DNA of 59,337 nt, taken from positions 1-59,337 of the forward strand of contig CBDUAR010000001.1 in assembly GCA_965365175.1 (NCBI GenBank), read 5' to 3'. The DNA comes from an uncultured archaeon (lineage in GTDB: Archaea > Nanobdellota > Nanobdellia > Pacearchaeales > GW2011-AR1). This document shows, one piece after another, positions 1 through 9,032 of this stretch. The notes under the pieces are model-generated. The model was given only the letters and a program-made list of their open reading frames with translations. It had not been told where the DNA came from and searched no databases. The position numbers and the translations under genes were made by a program. Positions within the stretch are counted from its first letter, which is position 1. The number at the start of each line of letters is the position of its first letter.

Positions 1-2
1 AG

Positions 3-467
3 TTAAATAATATTATCTAACTCTCCGCTGATATCTTTTACATTCTCTACAATATAAGTGTGAAGTTGTTGAATAATTAAGTTTTGCATTTCCTCTTTTA
101 ACACTCCGTGACATCTTGCAATATCAGATTCTGGAGCAACAGCACTTCCTAATGGAAGAAGACAATCCATATCTTTACCTTCCAATTTTTGTTTAGTAGC
201 ACTACCCTTCTTAATATTGAGCACTTTAACATTAACTAGGCATGAATCTCCTTCCCTACCTTTTATTAAATACTCCCAAGTTGTGTCCGTTTTATCATTA
301 ATGAAAGTAGTTCTTGCACATTTCTCTTGATGAGCATAAAAACAAGATAGATCATCACAAGTATAAGTAAAGAAATATAGAAAATAACCAGTAATTAAAA
401 CTAATACAATAATAGCAATAGTCAGATATGCTTTCCAATTATCCCTCTTTTTCAAAGTGATACCCAT
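3..467 (-). CDS. hypothetical membrane-anchored protein (N-terminal TM helix, six Cys)
   Basis: Complete 154-aa ORF; hydrophobic stretch AYLTIAIIVLVLITGYFLYFF near the N-terminus; no family recognised. Confidence 0.45.
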   Translation of the reverse strand: MGITLKKRDNWKAYLTIAIIVLVLITGYFLYFFTYTCDDLSCFYAHQEKCARTTFINDKTDTTWEYLIKGREGDSCLVNVKVLNIKKGSATKQKLEGKDMDCLLPLGSAVAPESDIARCHGVLKEEMQNLIIQQLHTYIVENVKDISGELDNII

Positions 468-503
468 AATATAAATTATAATGCACTATATTTAAAGGTT
501 TTT

Positions 504-534
504 AAAAAAATAAAAAAAGAGGCCCGAAGGCCCA
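504..534 (-). terminator. intrinsic-terminator-like hairpin (GGCC-UUCG-GGCC) followed by a U-run, just after the dnaG stop
   Basis: Minus strand reads UAAUUUUAAUGGGCCUUCGGGCCUCUUUUUUUAUUUUUUU; GC stem with a UUCG tetraloop in an AT-rich spacer. Confidence 0.5.
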
Positions 535-540
535 TTAAAA

Positions 541-1683
541 TTATAGACTAAGTAATTGCATACTTGTGTCAGTTGTAGAAAAGTTTTGAGCTACCACAAC
601 TTGACAACCCGCTTCTTCTGCAGCATGGATTAAACCATTAGTTGCAATACCATCGATTACAATTATTGAAGGCCTATTTCTAATTCTTCTCAAAGTTCCA
701 CTTAAAGCTTTAGCTTGAACCGATTTTATTTCTTCTAAATTTTCATCTAAAAGAATTGCTTTATCAGTTCCCTTATTTCCTTTTGAAATTTCTTTAAGTT
801 TGGCTTTATCATCTTCGCTCAGTTCTACTTTCTTAACTTCTTTTGGAGCAGAGGATCTTGAAGTACTTCTCTTACCAAGATATTCGTCAGCCTTAACTTT
901 TTTTCTAAGGTTCATCAATATCTCTTTACCAGTAAGCTCTTCTACTTCTTTTCCATCTGGTGCCATAGCAATGTACTTAATGTTTGCATTATCAGTGACA
1001 TTTTGAATAATTAACTTTCCTCCTCTATCACCATCAACGAATAAAGTAATTTCTTTAGTCTTACCTAATTCACCAATTGCTTCAGGAAGCTTTGTACCAT
1101 TCATAGCTATAACATTTTTTACACCATTTCTCATTAAGTTTAGAACGTCCGCTCTACCTTCAACAACAATAACTTCATTACCCGAAAGGTCTCCACAAGG
1201 TAAATTCTCTTTACCATATGAACTAACTTCTCCCATTCTTGAAGATTCCTTAATTTCCTTAGAAATTTCTCTAGAATCTGTAGAACCTTGTATCTGACTC
1301 ATAAGCTTTTTAGCTCTTTCAAGGATGTAATCTCTCTTACTTCCTCTAACGTCTTCAATTTGTTCAACTTCAATTTGGGCATCGCTAGGTCCAATTCTTT
1401 CAATAGTCTCAATTGCCGCAGCAATTAGAGTTGTTTCAGATTGATCCAAAGCAGTAGGTATCATTATTTTACCAGTAGTTTGTTTACCATTTCTGCTAAC
1501 TTCTACTTCTATTCTACCTATTTTTCCTTCTTTTTGAAGTTCTCTCATCTCTAGATCAGCACCAAGTAAACCTTCAGTCTGTCCGAAAACAGCCCCTATA
1601 ATATCAGGTTTTTCTAGTGCACCTTCGGCTACAAAAGTTGCATGTATCATATACTTAATTGATACTGGACTTATTTTTGCCAT
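541..1683 (-). CDS. dnaG: archaeal DnaG-type primase (Toprim domain protein)
   Basis: N-terminus MAKISPVSIKYMIHATFVAEGALEKPDIIGAVFGQTEGLLG is typical of archaeal DnaG; Toprim segment VIVVEGRADVLNL...LFVDGDRGG. Confidence 0.9.
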   Translation of the reverse strand: MAKISPVSIKYMIHATFVAEGALEKPDIIGAVFGQTEGLLGADLEMRELQKEGKIGRIEVEVSRNGKQTTGKIMIPTALDQSETTLIAAAIETIERIGPSDAQIEVEQIEDVRGSKRDYILERAKKLMSQIQGSTDSREISKEIKESSRMGEVSSYGKENLPCGDLSGNEVIVVEGRADVLNLMRNGVKNVIAMNGTKLPEAIGELGKTKEITLFVDGDRGGKLIIQNVTDNANIKYIAMAPDGKEVEELTGKEILMNLRKKVKADEYLGKRSTSRSSAPKEVKKVELSEDDKAKLKEISKGNKGTDKAILLDENLEEIKSVQAKALSGTLRRIRNRPSIIVIDGIATNGLIHAAEEAGCQVVVAQNFSTTDTSMQLLSL

Positions 1684-1881
1684 TTTTTTATATTTCCTTA
1701 TTTAATTTTTTTGAAATCAATGATTTCATTTAGAAAAATATCTTTTAGGGATTACTTCTCCCTATCTTTACTAATCGTAGTTTTACACTAAAATTAAGCG
1801 TGATCGTGAATTGAAATAATAATATCTAATGATACTTTTCTAATACTTAATATAGAAGTCTAGAGTATATAAATTTTCGTA

Positions 1882-2265
1882 TTATGCTGCTGCTTCTAAA
1901 AACTTATCCGCAATATCTCTCAATCCACCTTCTTCTTTTGGCTCAAAAACTCCTTCCATACCAAAATTTAAGAAATGACTAAGTTCCAATGATCTATCCT
2001 CAAGCATTTCAACAGATGGCTGCCCCTCACCTAATTTAACTTTAAAAACATCAACATCATTCAAAACAACTCCTTCTTCGTTCTCCGAAACTCTTGAATC
2101 AGGACCAATTCTAAATCCTCTAATAGATCCATTATTTTTAGCGAAATAAACACCAGTCCCTAGCTGATCAGCGCCCATAAGTTGTACACCATTCATATGA
2201 AGGTATTCCAAATGAGAAGGAACTCCTTGCGCTAATCTCTTATTTACATACGTATCATTAATCAT
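1882..2265 (-). CDS. hypothetical protein
   Basis: 127-aa ORF sitting where rps10 usually follows tuf; not S10-like; no motif recognised. Confidence 0.4.
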   Translation of the reverse strand: MINDTYVNKRLAQGVPSHLEYLHMNGVQLMGADQLGTGVYFAKNNGSIRGFRIGPDSRVSENEEGVVLNDVDVFKVKLGEGQPSVEMLEDRSLELSHFLNFGMEGVFEPKEEGGLRDIADKFLEAAA

Positions 2266-2289
2266 TTTAAAAATATTGGGAAAACTTAA

Positions 2290-3573
2290 TTATTTCTTCT
2301 TAGTAATCTCAGTACACATACCAGCTGCTACAGTAGCACCAGCATCTCTTACTGCGAACTTACTCATATAAGGATTATCTCCTTGAGCTTCCAACACTAA
2401 GTTTCCGATAGGTTTAATTCTCACCTTAGCAGTGTCCCCATTCTTCAAGAAATCAGGGTTTGCTTTAATAACTTCACCAGTAGCAGGATTAATTTGTTCA
2501 ATTAATTCTATAAACTGACATGGAATTTGAGCGGTGTGAATGTGGAATACAGGAGTATATCCTTTAGCTAATACGGTAGGATGGTTAATTACAGTAATAG
2601 TACCGATAAACTCTTCTACTATTGGACATGGAGCTGCTGCATCACAGATAACATCTCCTCTTGCAATATCTTTTTTACCTACTCCTCTAATATTAACACC
2701 AACGTTATCTCCAGCATCTGCAGAAGGTAATACTTCATGGTGAGCTTCAATAGTCTTAATTTCACCTTCGATACCTTCACCAGTTCTACCTGGAAGTACT
2801 TTAACTTTCATACCTTGTTTCATAATACCAGTTTCAACTTTTCCTACAGGAACAGTTCCGATACCAGTAATTTCATATACGTCTTGAACAGGCATTCTCA
2901 TTGGCAAGTTAGTTGGTAATTCTGGAGCAGGGAATAAATCCATTTGCTCTAAAATTGTTGGCCCTTTGTACCAAGCCATTTTATCTGATTTCTTAACAAT
3001 ATTATCTCCTTGTAATCCTGAACAAGCAACAAAAGCAGTAGTTTCAGGGTTGATTCCAACACCTTTCAATAACTTTCCTACATCTTCTTTAACTTGATTG
3101 AATTTGTCTTCAGCGTATTCAACAGCGTCCATCTTGTTAACAGCTACTGCAATATTCTTTACACCCATAGTCCTTAATAACCATAAGTGTTCAGTTGTTT
3201 GTGGTTGAACTCCTGAAGGAGCCGCAATCACTAAGAATGCTGAATCAGCTTGTGAAGCACCAGTAATCATGTTCTTAACAAAGTCTCTGTGACCAGGTGC
3301 ATCGATGATTGTAATTTGATATTTTTGAGTCATTAACTTCTTATAAGATAAGTCAATAGTAACTCCTCTTTCTCTTTCTTCTTTAATATTATCCATAACA
3401 TAAGCGAATTCGAATCCAGCCTTACCGTGTTTTTGAGCTTCCTCTTTGAACTTAGCCATTTGCTGTTCAGATACTGCTCCACCGTCGAACATCATTCTAC
3501 CTACACATGTCGATTTTCCTGCATCAACGTGTCCAACGAACACAACATTCATGTTTGGTTTTTCTTTTGCCAT
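2290..3573 (-). CDS. tuf: translation elongation factor EF-1alpha
   Basis: GHVDAGKST, DAPGHRDF and NKMD GTPase motifs; full-length 427 aa. Confidence 0.97.
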   Translation of the reverse strand: MAKEKPNMNVVFVGHVDAGKSTCVGRMMFDGGAVSEQQMAKFKEEAQKHGKAGFEFAYVMDNIKEERERGVTIDLSYKKLMTQKYQITIIDAPGHRDFVKNMITGASQADSAFLVIAAPSGVQPQTTEHLWLLRTMGVKNIAVAVNKMDAVEYAEDKFNQVKEDVGKLLKGVGINPETTAFVACSGLQGDNIVKKSDKMAWYKGPTILEQMDLFPAPELPTNLPMRMPVQDVYEITGIGTVPVGKVETGIMKQGMKVKVLPGRTGEGIEGEIKTIEAHHEVLPSADAGDNVGVNIRGVGKKDIARGDVICDAAAPCPIVEEFIGTITVINHPTVLAKGYTPVFHIHTAQIPCQFIELIEQINPATGEVIKANPDFLKNGDTAKVRIKPIGNLVLEAQGDNPYMSKFAVRDAGATVAAGMCTEITKKK

Positions 3574-3703
3574 TTGATTAATATATTTAACCTCGTAATC
3601 TTACTACAGAAAAAACCCTTTATAAACTTTTCTATGATTGATTTTTATCGTCGATAAAGCTCTTTTTCAAAAGATATTTATATGTGAGTTTCATAATTTT
3701 TTG

Positions 3704-4507
3704 ATGGAACTTACACTAATTCAATACTTAATTTTAGGATTAATTCAAGGAATAACCGAATGGTTACCAATTAGTTCTTCAGGCATGATTACTCTAGTAG
3801 TTTCTAATTTTTTTGGAATAACAAACATTTCAGAAATTTTACACATTGCATTATTTTTTCATTTAGGAACTTTTTTTGCAGCACTAATTTATTTCAGAAA
3901 AGAAGTTACAGAATTATTTGTTGCTCTATTTAACTATAAAAAATCAGATTCAGAAACAAAGAAAGTTTTGAAATTTTTAATAATAGCGACGGTAATTTCA
4001 GGAATTATTGGAATTATTTTAATGAAGTTTATTTCTAATTTAGATTTAAATTTAACTGGAAAAACAATAACTTTTGCAATTGGAGTTTTATTATTAGTAA
4101 CGGCATTCTTACAATTAACTTCTAAAACAAGAGGATTAAGATCTCTTTCAGAAATAAAAAATTCGGATAGTTTACTTTTAGGAGGAGTTCAAGGTCTTTC
4201 AACTTTACCTGGAATTTCTAGATCTGGAATAACTGTTTCAACTTTATTATTAAAAAAGTTCGACGATACAACTGCATTAAAATTATCTTTCTTAATGTCT
4301 TTACCAATTATTCTTTTAGGAAATATTTTGTTGAACATAGGAGACATTGCTCAAACATTTGCAACAGCGTCGATATATGGGTTATTAACTTCCTTTATTT
4401 TTGGACTACTAACAATACATGCTTTGATCAAATTATCAAAGAGAATTAACTTTGGTTGGTTTGTTTTGGTATTTGCAATATTAATGATGTTAAGTGTTTT
4501 AATCTGA
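3704..4507 (+). CDS. uppP: undecaprenyl-diphosphate phosphatase (BacA/UppP family)
   Basis: LIQGITEWLPISSSGM and PGISRSG motifs, polytopic membrane protein; start moved to the ATG at 3704 (MELTLIQ), the ORF-track start at 3638 is an extension. Confidence 0.85.
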   Translation: MELTLIQYLILGLIQGITEWLPISSSGMITLVVSNFFGITNISEILHIALFFHLGTFFAALIYFRKEVTELFVALFNYKKSDSETKKVLKFLIIATVISGIIGIILMKFISNLDLNLTGKTITFAIGVLLLVTAFLQLTSKTRGLRSLSEIKNSDSLLLGGVQGLSTLPGISRSGITVSTLLLKKFDDTTALKLSFLMSLPIILLGNILLNIGDIAQTFATASIYGLLTSFIFGLLTIHALIKLSKRINFGWFVLVFAILMMLSVLI

Positions 4508-5248
4508 TTTTTTTCTTTCAGCAGTTAATATTCTACTGACCAATTTAGATTTTATCACAACAATTCCATCATGAAATAATCTATTAACTTCTTCAGCAAT
4601 TTTACCCGTCTTAAATCTCACTCCTCTCTGATAAATAGGGTCTTCCGATAATTTAATTATAGTTTTTCTTTCTTCATCAGATAATGTTCTTCTAGTTTCA
4701 TAAGGAGAAGGCCTAAACCTACCTAGTAACAATGAAATTGCTTTTGAGGTCCTATCTCTTCCGTATTTTTGATTAATATATGCAGCAATTTCTCCCGTTT
4801 TCACTCTACTTCCATGTTGATAATTTGGATCTTGGGAGAGTCTTAGTATATCTTCAACTTCATCAACATCATAGGTTATACGACCTAGTTTCCTTTGAGT
4901 TTTCTTTCCGGCCCTACTACTAACAGAAGATCTTTTTTCTTCACTTAATCCAAAAGCACCTCTCCCTTCTCTTTGCAATCTTTTACCATGATTACTATTA
5001 TGTCTTCTCCCGTGTTTTTGTTTTTCTTCTTTTTCAAGTAATATATCTAACGCCCTATGAACAGCACTATTAGCATTAGCAGAATTACCTCCATACCTAT
5101 TAGGAACATCATATTTTTCAGCTATTTGTGCGGCAGTCATATCCCGAGTCCAATCATCTACAATTCCAGGGAAATCTCTCGCTAGTTGTTCACCATTTTT
5201 CTTACTTAGTGCAATTGCAGTAGCTGCTCTGTAATCAAATTTTTCCAT
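4499..5248 (-). CDS. hypothetical protein with three HTH-like modules (two clear tandem repeats)
   Basis: Repeat pair EDILRLSQDPNYQHGSRVKTGEIAAYINQKYG / KTIIKLSEDPIYQRGVRFKTGKIAEEVNRLFH; basic linker; no family recognised. Confidence 0.5.
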   Translation of the reverse strand: MEKFDYRAATAIALSKKNGEQLARDFPGIVDDWTRDMTAAQIAEKYDVPNRYGGNSANANSAVHRALDILLEKEEKQKHGRRHNSNHGKRLQREGRGAFGLSEEKRSSVSSRAGKKTQRKLGRITYDVDEVEDILRLSQDPNYQHGSRVKTGEIAAYINQKYGRDRTSKAISLLLGRFRPSPYETRRTLSDEERKTIIKLSEDPIYQRGVRFKTGKIAEEVNRLFHDGIVVIKSKLVSRILTAERKKSD

Positions 5249-5278
5249 AAAATTCGCAACTAGAATTAATTTTTAAAC

Positions 5279-6199
5279 CTATTGATTCTCAGCCAAACCT
5301 TTTCTATCTCTAATCTTCTTAATAACTTCAGTTTGTATGCTCATAGGAATCGGTTCAAATAACTGATCTTTCAATGAAGAAGTTCCTCTACCTTCACTAG
5401 CTGATCTTAAATCATTACTCCAACCAATCATTTCTGAAACTGGAATCTTAGCTTCCATTTCTGCATTAGTTCCTTCTTGTTGAACATCTAACATTTGACC
5501 TCTCTTTCCACCAATCAGTTTAGTCATAGCTCCCAAGAAACTATCTGGAATATCAATTAAATGTATCTGTAATGGTTCTAATAAGGTAGGGCTAGCCTTT
5601 CTCATAGCACCAGTAATAGATTCTCTAACCGCAGGATAAACCTGAGCAGGACCTCTGTGGATAGCATCTTCGTGAAGTTTAATATCCATCAATGAGAATT
5701 TCATCTTAGTACAAGGCTCTCTTGCCAAAGGACCTTGGTTCATAACCATTTCAAAAGCATCTAAGATCATTTCAATAACTTCATTCATGTGAACCTCTCC
5801 ACGAGTTTCATCCATGAAAATATTTCCTTTGTAAACATCTCTAATATTTCTAATTTGATCACCGCTCCAACCATACTTAGATAATATATCTGCCATCTCT
5901 GTAGATTTTTTCTTTATTCTTCCTTCAGGAATATCTCCAGCTTGAATAGCTTCATAGATATCCTCTTCTAAAGGTTCAACTTTGATAAAGAAACTATTGT
6001 GTTTATTAGGAGAACGTCCTTCAGTAGCATCTGAACTCTTATTAACAGTTTCTCTATAAACAATAATTGGAGGAGAAGTCTTAACTTCCAAACCCTTCTC
6101 TGACCTAATTCTATTTTCTATAATTTCTAAGTGTAATTCTCCCATACCAGACATTAAAGATTCACCGGTCTGATCATTAATTTCAATCTTCCTTACCAA
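5279..6199 (-). CDS. fusA: elongation factor EF-2, C-terminal segment (domains III part, IV, V), in the +1 frame relative to the N-terminal segment
   Basis: QTGESLMSGMGELHLEI, PIIVYRETV, and HEDAIHRGPAQV (diphthamide His loop); the only upstream start is a TTG without an SD. Confidence 0.85.
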   Translation of the reverse strand: MVRKIEINDQTGESLMSGMGELHLEIIENRIRSEKGLEVKTSPPIIVYRETVNKSSDATEGRSPNKHNSFFIKVEPLEEDIYEAIQAGDIPEGRIKKKSTEMADILSKYGWSGDQIRNIRDVYKGNIFMDETRGEVHMNEVIEMILDAFEMVMNQGPLAREPCTKMKFSLMDIKLHEDAIHRGPAQVYPAVRESITGAMRKASPTLLEPLQIHLIDIPDSFLGAMTKLIGGKRGQMLDVQQEGTNAEMEAKIPVSEMIGWSNDLRSASEGRGTSSLKDQLFEPIPMSIQTEVIKKIRDRKGLAENQ

Positions 6200-7421
6200 T
6201 TTGTCTCAATATTTCAACAAGCTTAGGCAAGTCAGCAGCCTTAGTAGCTTCAATTGATTTTGTAACAACAGGATCGAATAAGTGTTTAATAGCCTCGAAT
6301 GGTTCAATTGGATTCTTTGAAACTGTTTCACCAGCGAATACATCTTTCAAACCAACTACTCCAACAACATTTCCTGCAGTAACTTGATCAACAACAACTC
6401 GATTAGCACCTTTGTAAACAGATACCTGTTGAATTCTTGTCGGTCTCTTACCAAGATTCATATAAACATCATCACCTTGTTTCAATGTTCCTGAAAACAT
6501 TCTACCTGCAGCGATTTCACCTGCGTGTTTATCTACAACAATCTTAATTGGAACAAAAACAGGTTCTCCATTTGGATCACAGTCAACAAGGTTCTTACCT
6601 AAAGGAGTATCTTTATCTCCGTGCCATATTTTTGGAATTCTATATTTTTGAGCATCAACAGGATTTGGATGGTGTTTAATACTCATATTCAAAACAACTT
6701 CGTGTAATGGAGCTTTCTTTGCTAGTTCTTTATGATTGTCGCTTTGATAGGCATCAATAATATCTTTGAAACTGATGTTATTTGCCTTCATGTAAGGAAA
6801 ACTCAAGGCCCAATTATGAAATGCACTTCCAAATGCAACTGTACCTTCACCAACACCAACTTTCCATTTCTCCTTGTACCCTTCTGGAGCAATAGCTTCA
6901 ATAAGTTTGTTAACGTGATCAATAATTTTGATAAACTTAGCTTGCATATCTTCAGGAGTTAATTTAACTTCGTTGATTAATCTATCAACTTTGTTAATGA
7001 ATAATACTGGTTTAACTAATTCTTTTAGGGCTTGTCTAACAACAGTTTCAGTCTGGGGCATAACACCCTCAACAGCACAAGAAAGAATAACACATCCATC
7101 AACAGCTCTCATAGCTCTTGTAACGTCCCCACCAAAGTCAACATGTCCCGGAGTATCAATTAAATTAATTAAATAATCTTCACCACCAACTTTGTGAATC
7201 ATAGATACCGAAGCCGAATCAATAGTAATACCTCTTGACGCTTCATCTTCGTGGAAATCTAAGGCTCTTTGTTTACCTGCAGTTTCTTCGGAAAGCATAC
7301 CTGCACCAGCCAAAAGATTATCTGAGAATGTAGTTTTACCGTGATCAATATGTGCAGCTATAGCTATATTTCTAATCTTATCTTGCTGCTTCATTAATTT
7401 TGCAATGTCTCCCTCTGCCAT
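6183..7421 (-). CDS. fusA: elongation factor EF-2, N-terminal segment (G domain, domain II, start of III), ends at a TGA
   Basis: AHIDHGKTT, DTPGHVDF and NKVDR motifs; ends ...DLPKLVEILRQIGKED*, where EF-2 normally continues. Confidence 0.9.
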   Translation of the reverse strand: MAEGDIAKLMKQQDKIRNIAIAAHIDHGKTTFSDNLLAGAGMLSEETAGKQRALDFHEDEASRGITIDSASVSMIHKVGGEDYLINLIDTPGHVDFGGDVTRAMRAVDGCVILSCAVEGVMPQTETVVRQALKELVKPVLFINKVDRLINEVKLTPEDMQAKFIKIIDHVNKLIEAIAPEGYKEKWKVGVGEGTVAFGSAFHNWALSFPYMKANNISFKDIIDAYQSDNHKELAKKAPLHEVVLNMSIKHHPNPVDAQKYRIPKIWHGDKDTPLGKNLVDCDPNGEPVFVPIKIVVDKHAGEIAAGRMFSGTLKQGDDVYMNLGKRPTRIQQVSVYKGANRVVVDQVTAGNVVGVVGLKDVFAGETVSKNPIEPFEAIKHLFDPVVTKSIEATKAADLPKLVEILRQIGKED

Positions 7422-7477
7422 CTTGAATATTAGTTAATTGAAAAATTGGTTTATAAAGTTTCTGTAAAAAATTAGAA

Positions 7478-8083
7478 TTAACGAGCTGAATCTGCCTGAG
7501 CTTCAGTTTCTTTCTTTTTCTTTATAGCAAAACTCTCCCCATTTTCCTCATAAGTCATAATTATCTCATCAGTCAATGCCTGAGTAATTGTTTTTTTCTT
7601 ATTGAATGATTTATCTGATGCACCATGAATCAAATATTTTAGTGCAAGGTTAACTCTTCTTAAAGGTGAAACATCAACTGCTTGAGGATATCTAGCACCA
7701 CCATACTCAATAACAGTAACTTCATCTCTTGGAGCTGCTTTTTCAATTGCAGTAACCAAAACTTGAACTGGATTTTTACTAGTTCTTTTTTCAACTGCTG
7801 CTAAAGCATCCAAAATAATTTTCATGTTCTTAGAATATTTCCCACTTGAATGACCTTGTTCAATCTTATGTTTCTTACCTCTATGTCCACCAGTAGCAAG
7901 CTTGTTCATTAATCTCTCAACAACATTAACTTTTGTTTGTCCTAATTTTTGAACATTTCTTCCATGAGTTTTCAAAGCCAATAGAGGTTTCAAATTTATA
8001 GCTGTCTTTAATCCAGGATCTTCAATTTGAACTTCAGTAACGTCATATAAATCAAAAATTTTGAACGGAGCTAATTCAGCCAT
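7478..8083 (-). CDS. rps7: 30S ribosomal protein S7 (uS7)
   Basis: S7 family sequence; start set at MAELAPF (ATG 8083), which forms a TAAAATG junction with S12. Confidence 0.9.
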   Translation of the reverse strand: MAELAPFKIFDLYDVTEVQIEDPGLKTAINLKPLLALKTHGRNVQKLGQTKVNVVERLMNKLATGGHRGKKHKIEQGHSSGKYSKNMKIILDALAAVEKRTSKNPVQVLVTAIEKAAPRDEVTVIEYGGARYPQAVDVSPLRRVNLALKYLIHGASDKSFNKKKTITQALTDEIIMTYEENGESFAIKKKKETEAQADSAR

Positions 8084-8084
8084 T

Positions 8085-8507
8085 TTATCTTCTACCCTTC
8101 TCAATCTTACCAGACCACAATCTGTGTAACGGTTGATCATTTACTTGAATAACTTGAAATCTAACACCTGGAATGTCTCCTTTTGTTCTTCCTTGCTTTC
8201 CACCAATTCTTTCAATCATAACTTCGTCGTGTTCATCAATATATTTTTGTGCCAAGTTTCCAGGAATAAAAGCTGTAACAGTCTTACCATTTTTAGTAAG
8301 CTGAACTCTGCAACACTTTCTCATCGCTGAGTTTGGCTGCTTAGCTTCTTTTTGAACTTTAGCAAGAACAAGACCTTTAGCTTGACTAGCACCTTCTAAA
8401 GGATCAGACTTAGCGTACAGACCTAAAGCTCTAGCTTTATACTTTCTGCTGCTCCATCTAAATTTCTTTCTTTCCTTTACTTTTTTTAATGCGCTTTTTA
8501 ATCCCAT
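8085..8507 (-). CDS. rps12: 30S ribosomal protein S12 (uS12)
   Basis: [15 protein letters not shown]...VTAFIPG motif block; start set at MGLKSALKK (8507). Confidence 0.9.
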   Translation of the reverse strand: MGLKSALKKVKERKKFRWSSRKYKARALGLYAKSDPLEGASQAKGLVLAKVQKEAKQPNSAMRKCCRVQLTKNGKTVTAFIPGNLAQKYIDEHDEVMIERIGGKQGRTKGDIPGVRFQVIQVNDQPLHRLWSGKIEKGRR

Positions 8508-8559
8508 TTTATCGACTAATGAATAAATATCTGTAATAAAATTAGTTTTTAAAGGTTTC

Positions 8560-8982
8560 TTAAACAATTCTAAATTCTTTTCCAAAGAAATCCTTAACAA
8601 TCTTCTGCATCTCTAAAAGCCTTCTTTTATTCCTCCCTAATAGAGCGGCTTTGTTTCTAGATCCTGCAGTCAAAATCATTTCATCACCTTTTACTTCAAG
8701 ATCATTAAATTCAACCGGATGAACAATAGCTTTGATAAAATCCTTAGCATGTTCTATTCCTTTTGGTATAGGAATAACTTTAATCCTTCTTCCAAGAATA
8801 CTGCTCATCTTTCTCAAGTTCTCACCCTTATCTCCAAGAGCTTTTGAAATTAAATTTTTAGGAACACAAAAAATAATCATATCATTATATTTTAGAACAT
8901 GTCTCGTACTTATTTTTGTAGTTCTACCAAATAGATTTAGATATCTTAAATCTTGCATATCAATTGTACCGGCTAACATCAT
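8560..8982 (-). CDS. nusA: archaeal NusA-like transcription factor (two KH domains)
   Basis: 140 aa, [20 protein letters not shown] and [12 protein letters not shown]-type motifs; canonical position between rpoA and rps12. Confidence 0.8.
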   Translation of the reverse strand: MMLAGTIDMQDLRYLNLFGRTTKISTRHVLKYNDMIIFCVPKNLISKALGDKGENLRKMSSILGRRIKVIPIPKGIEHAKDFIKAIVHPVEFNDLEVKGDEMILTAGSRNKAALLGRNKRRLLEMQKIVKDFFGKEFRIV

Positions 8983-9032
8983 ATAATTTTTTTAGAAGAA
9001 TCCTTTTATAAATCTATGCTATTTCTCGAGAG

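Noticed and set aside
800-1006. Plus-strand ORFs lying antisense inside well-supported minus-strand genes (800-1006, 2540-2919, 6732-7176, 9190-9453, 12817-13098, 14506-14697, 24779-26248, 27221-27520, 28821-29159, 29468-29794)
   Set aside because: All are embedded opposite conserved genes and have Ser/Leu/Phe/Ile-rich low-complexity translations typical of antisense AT-rich frames. They have no RBS or junction support.
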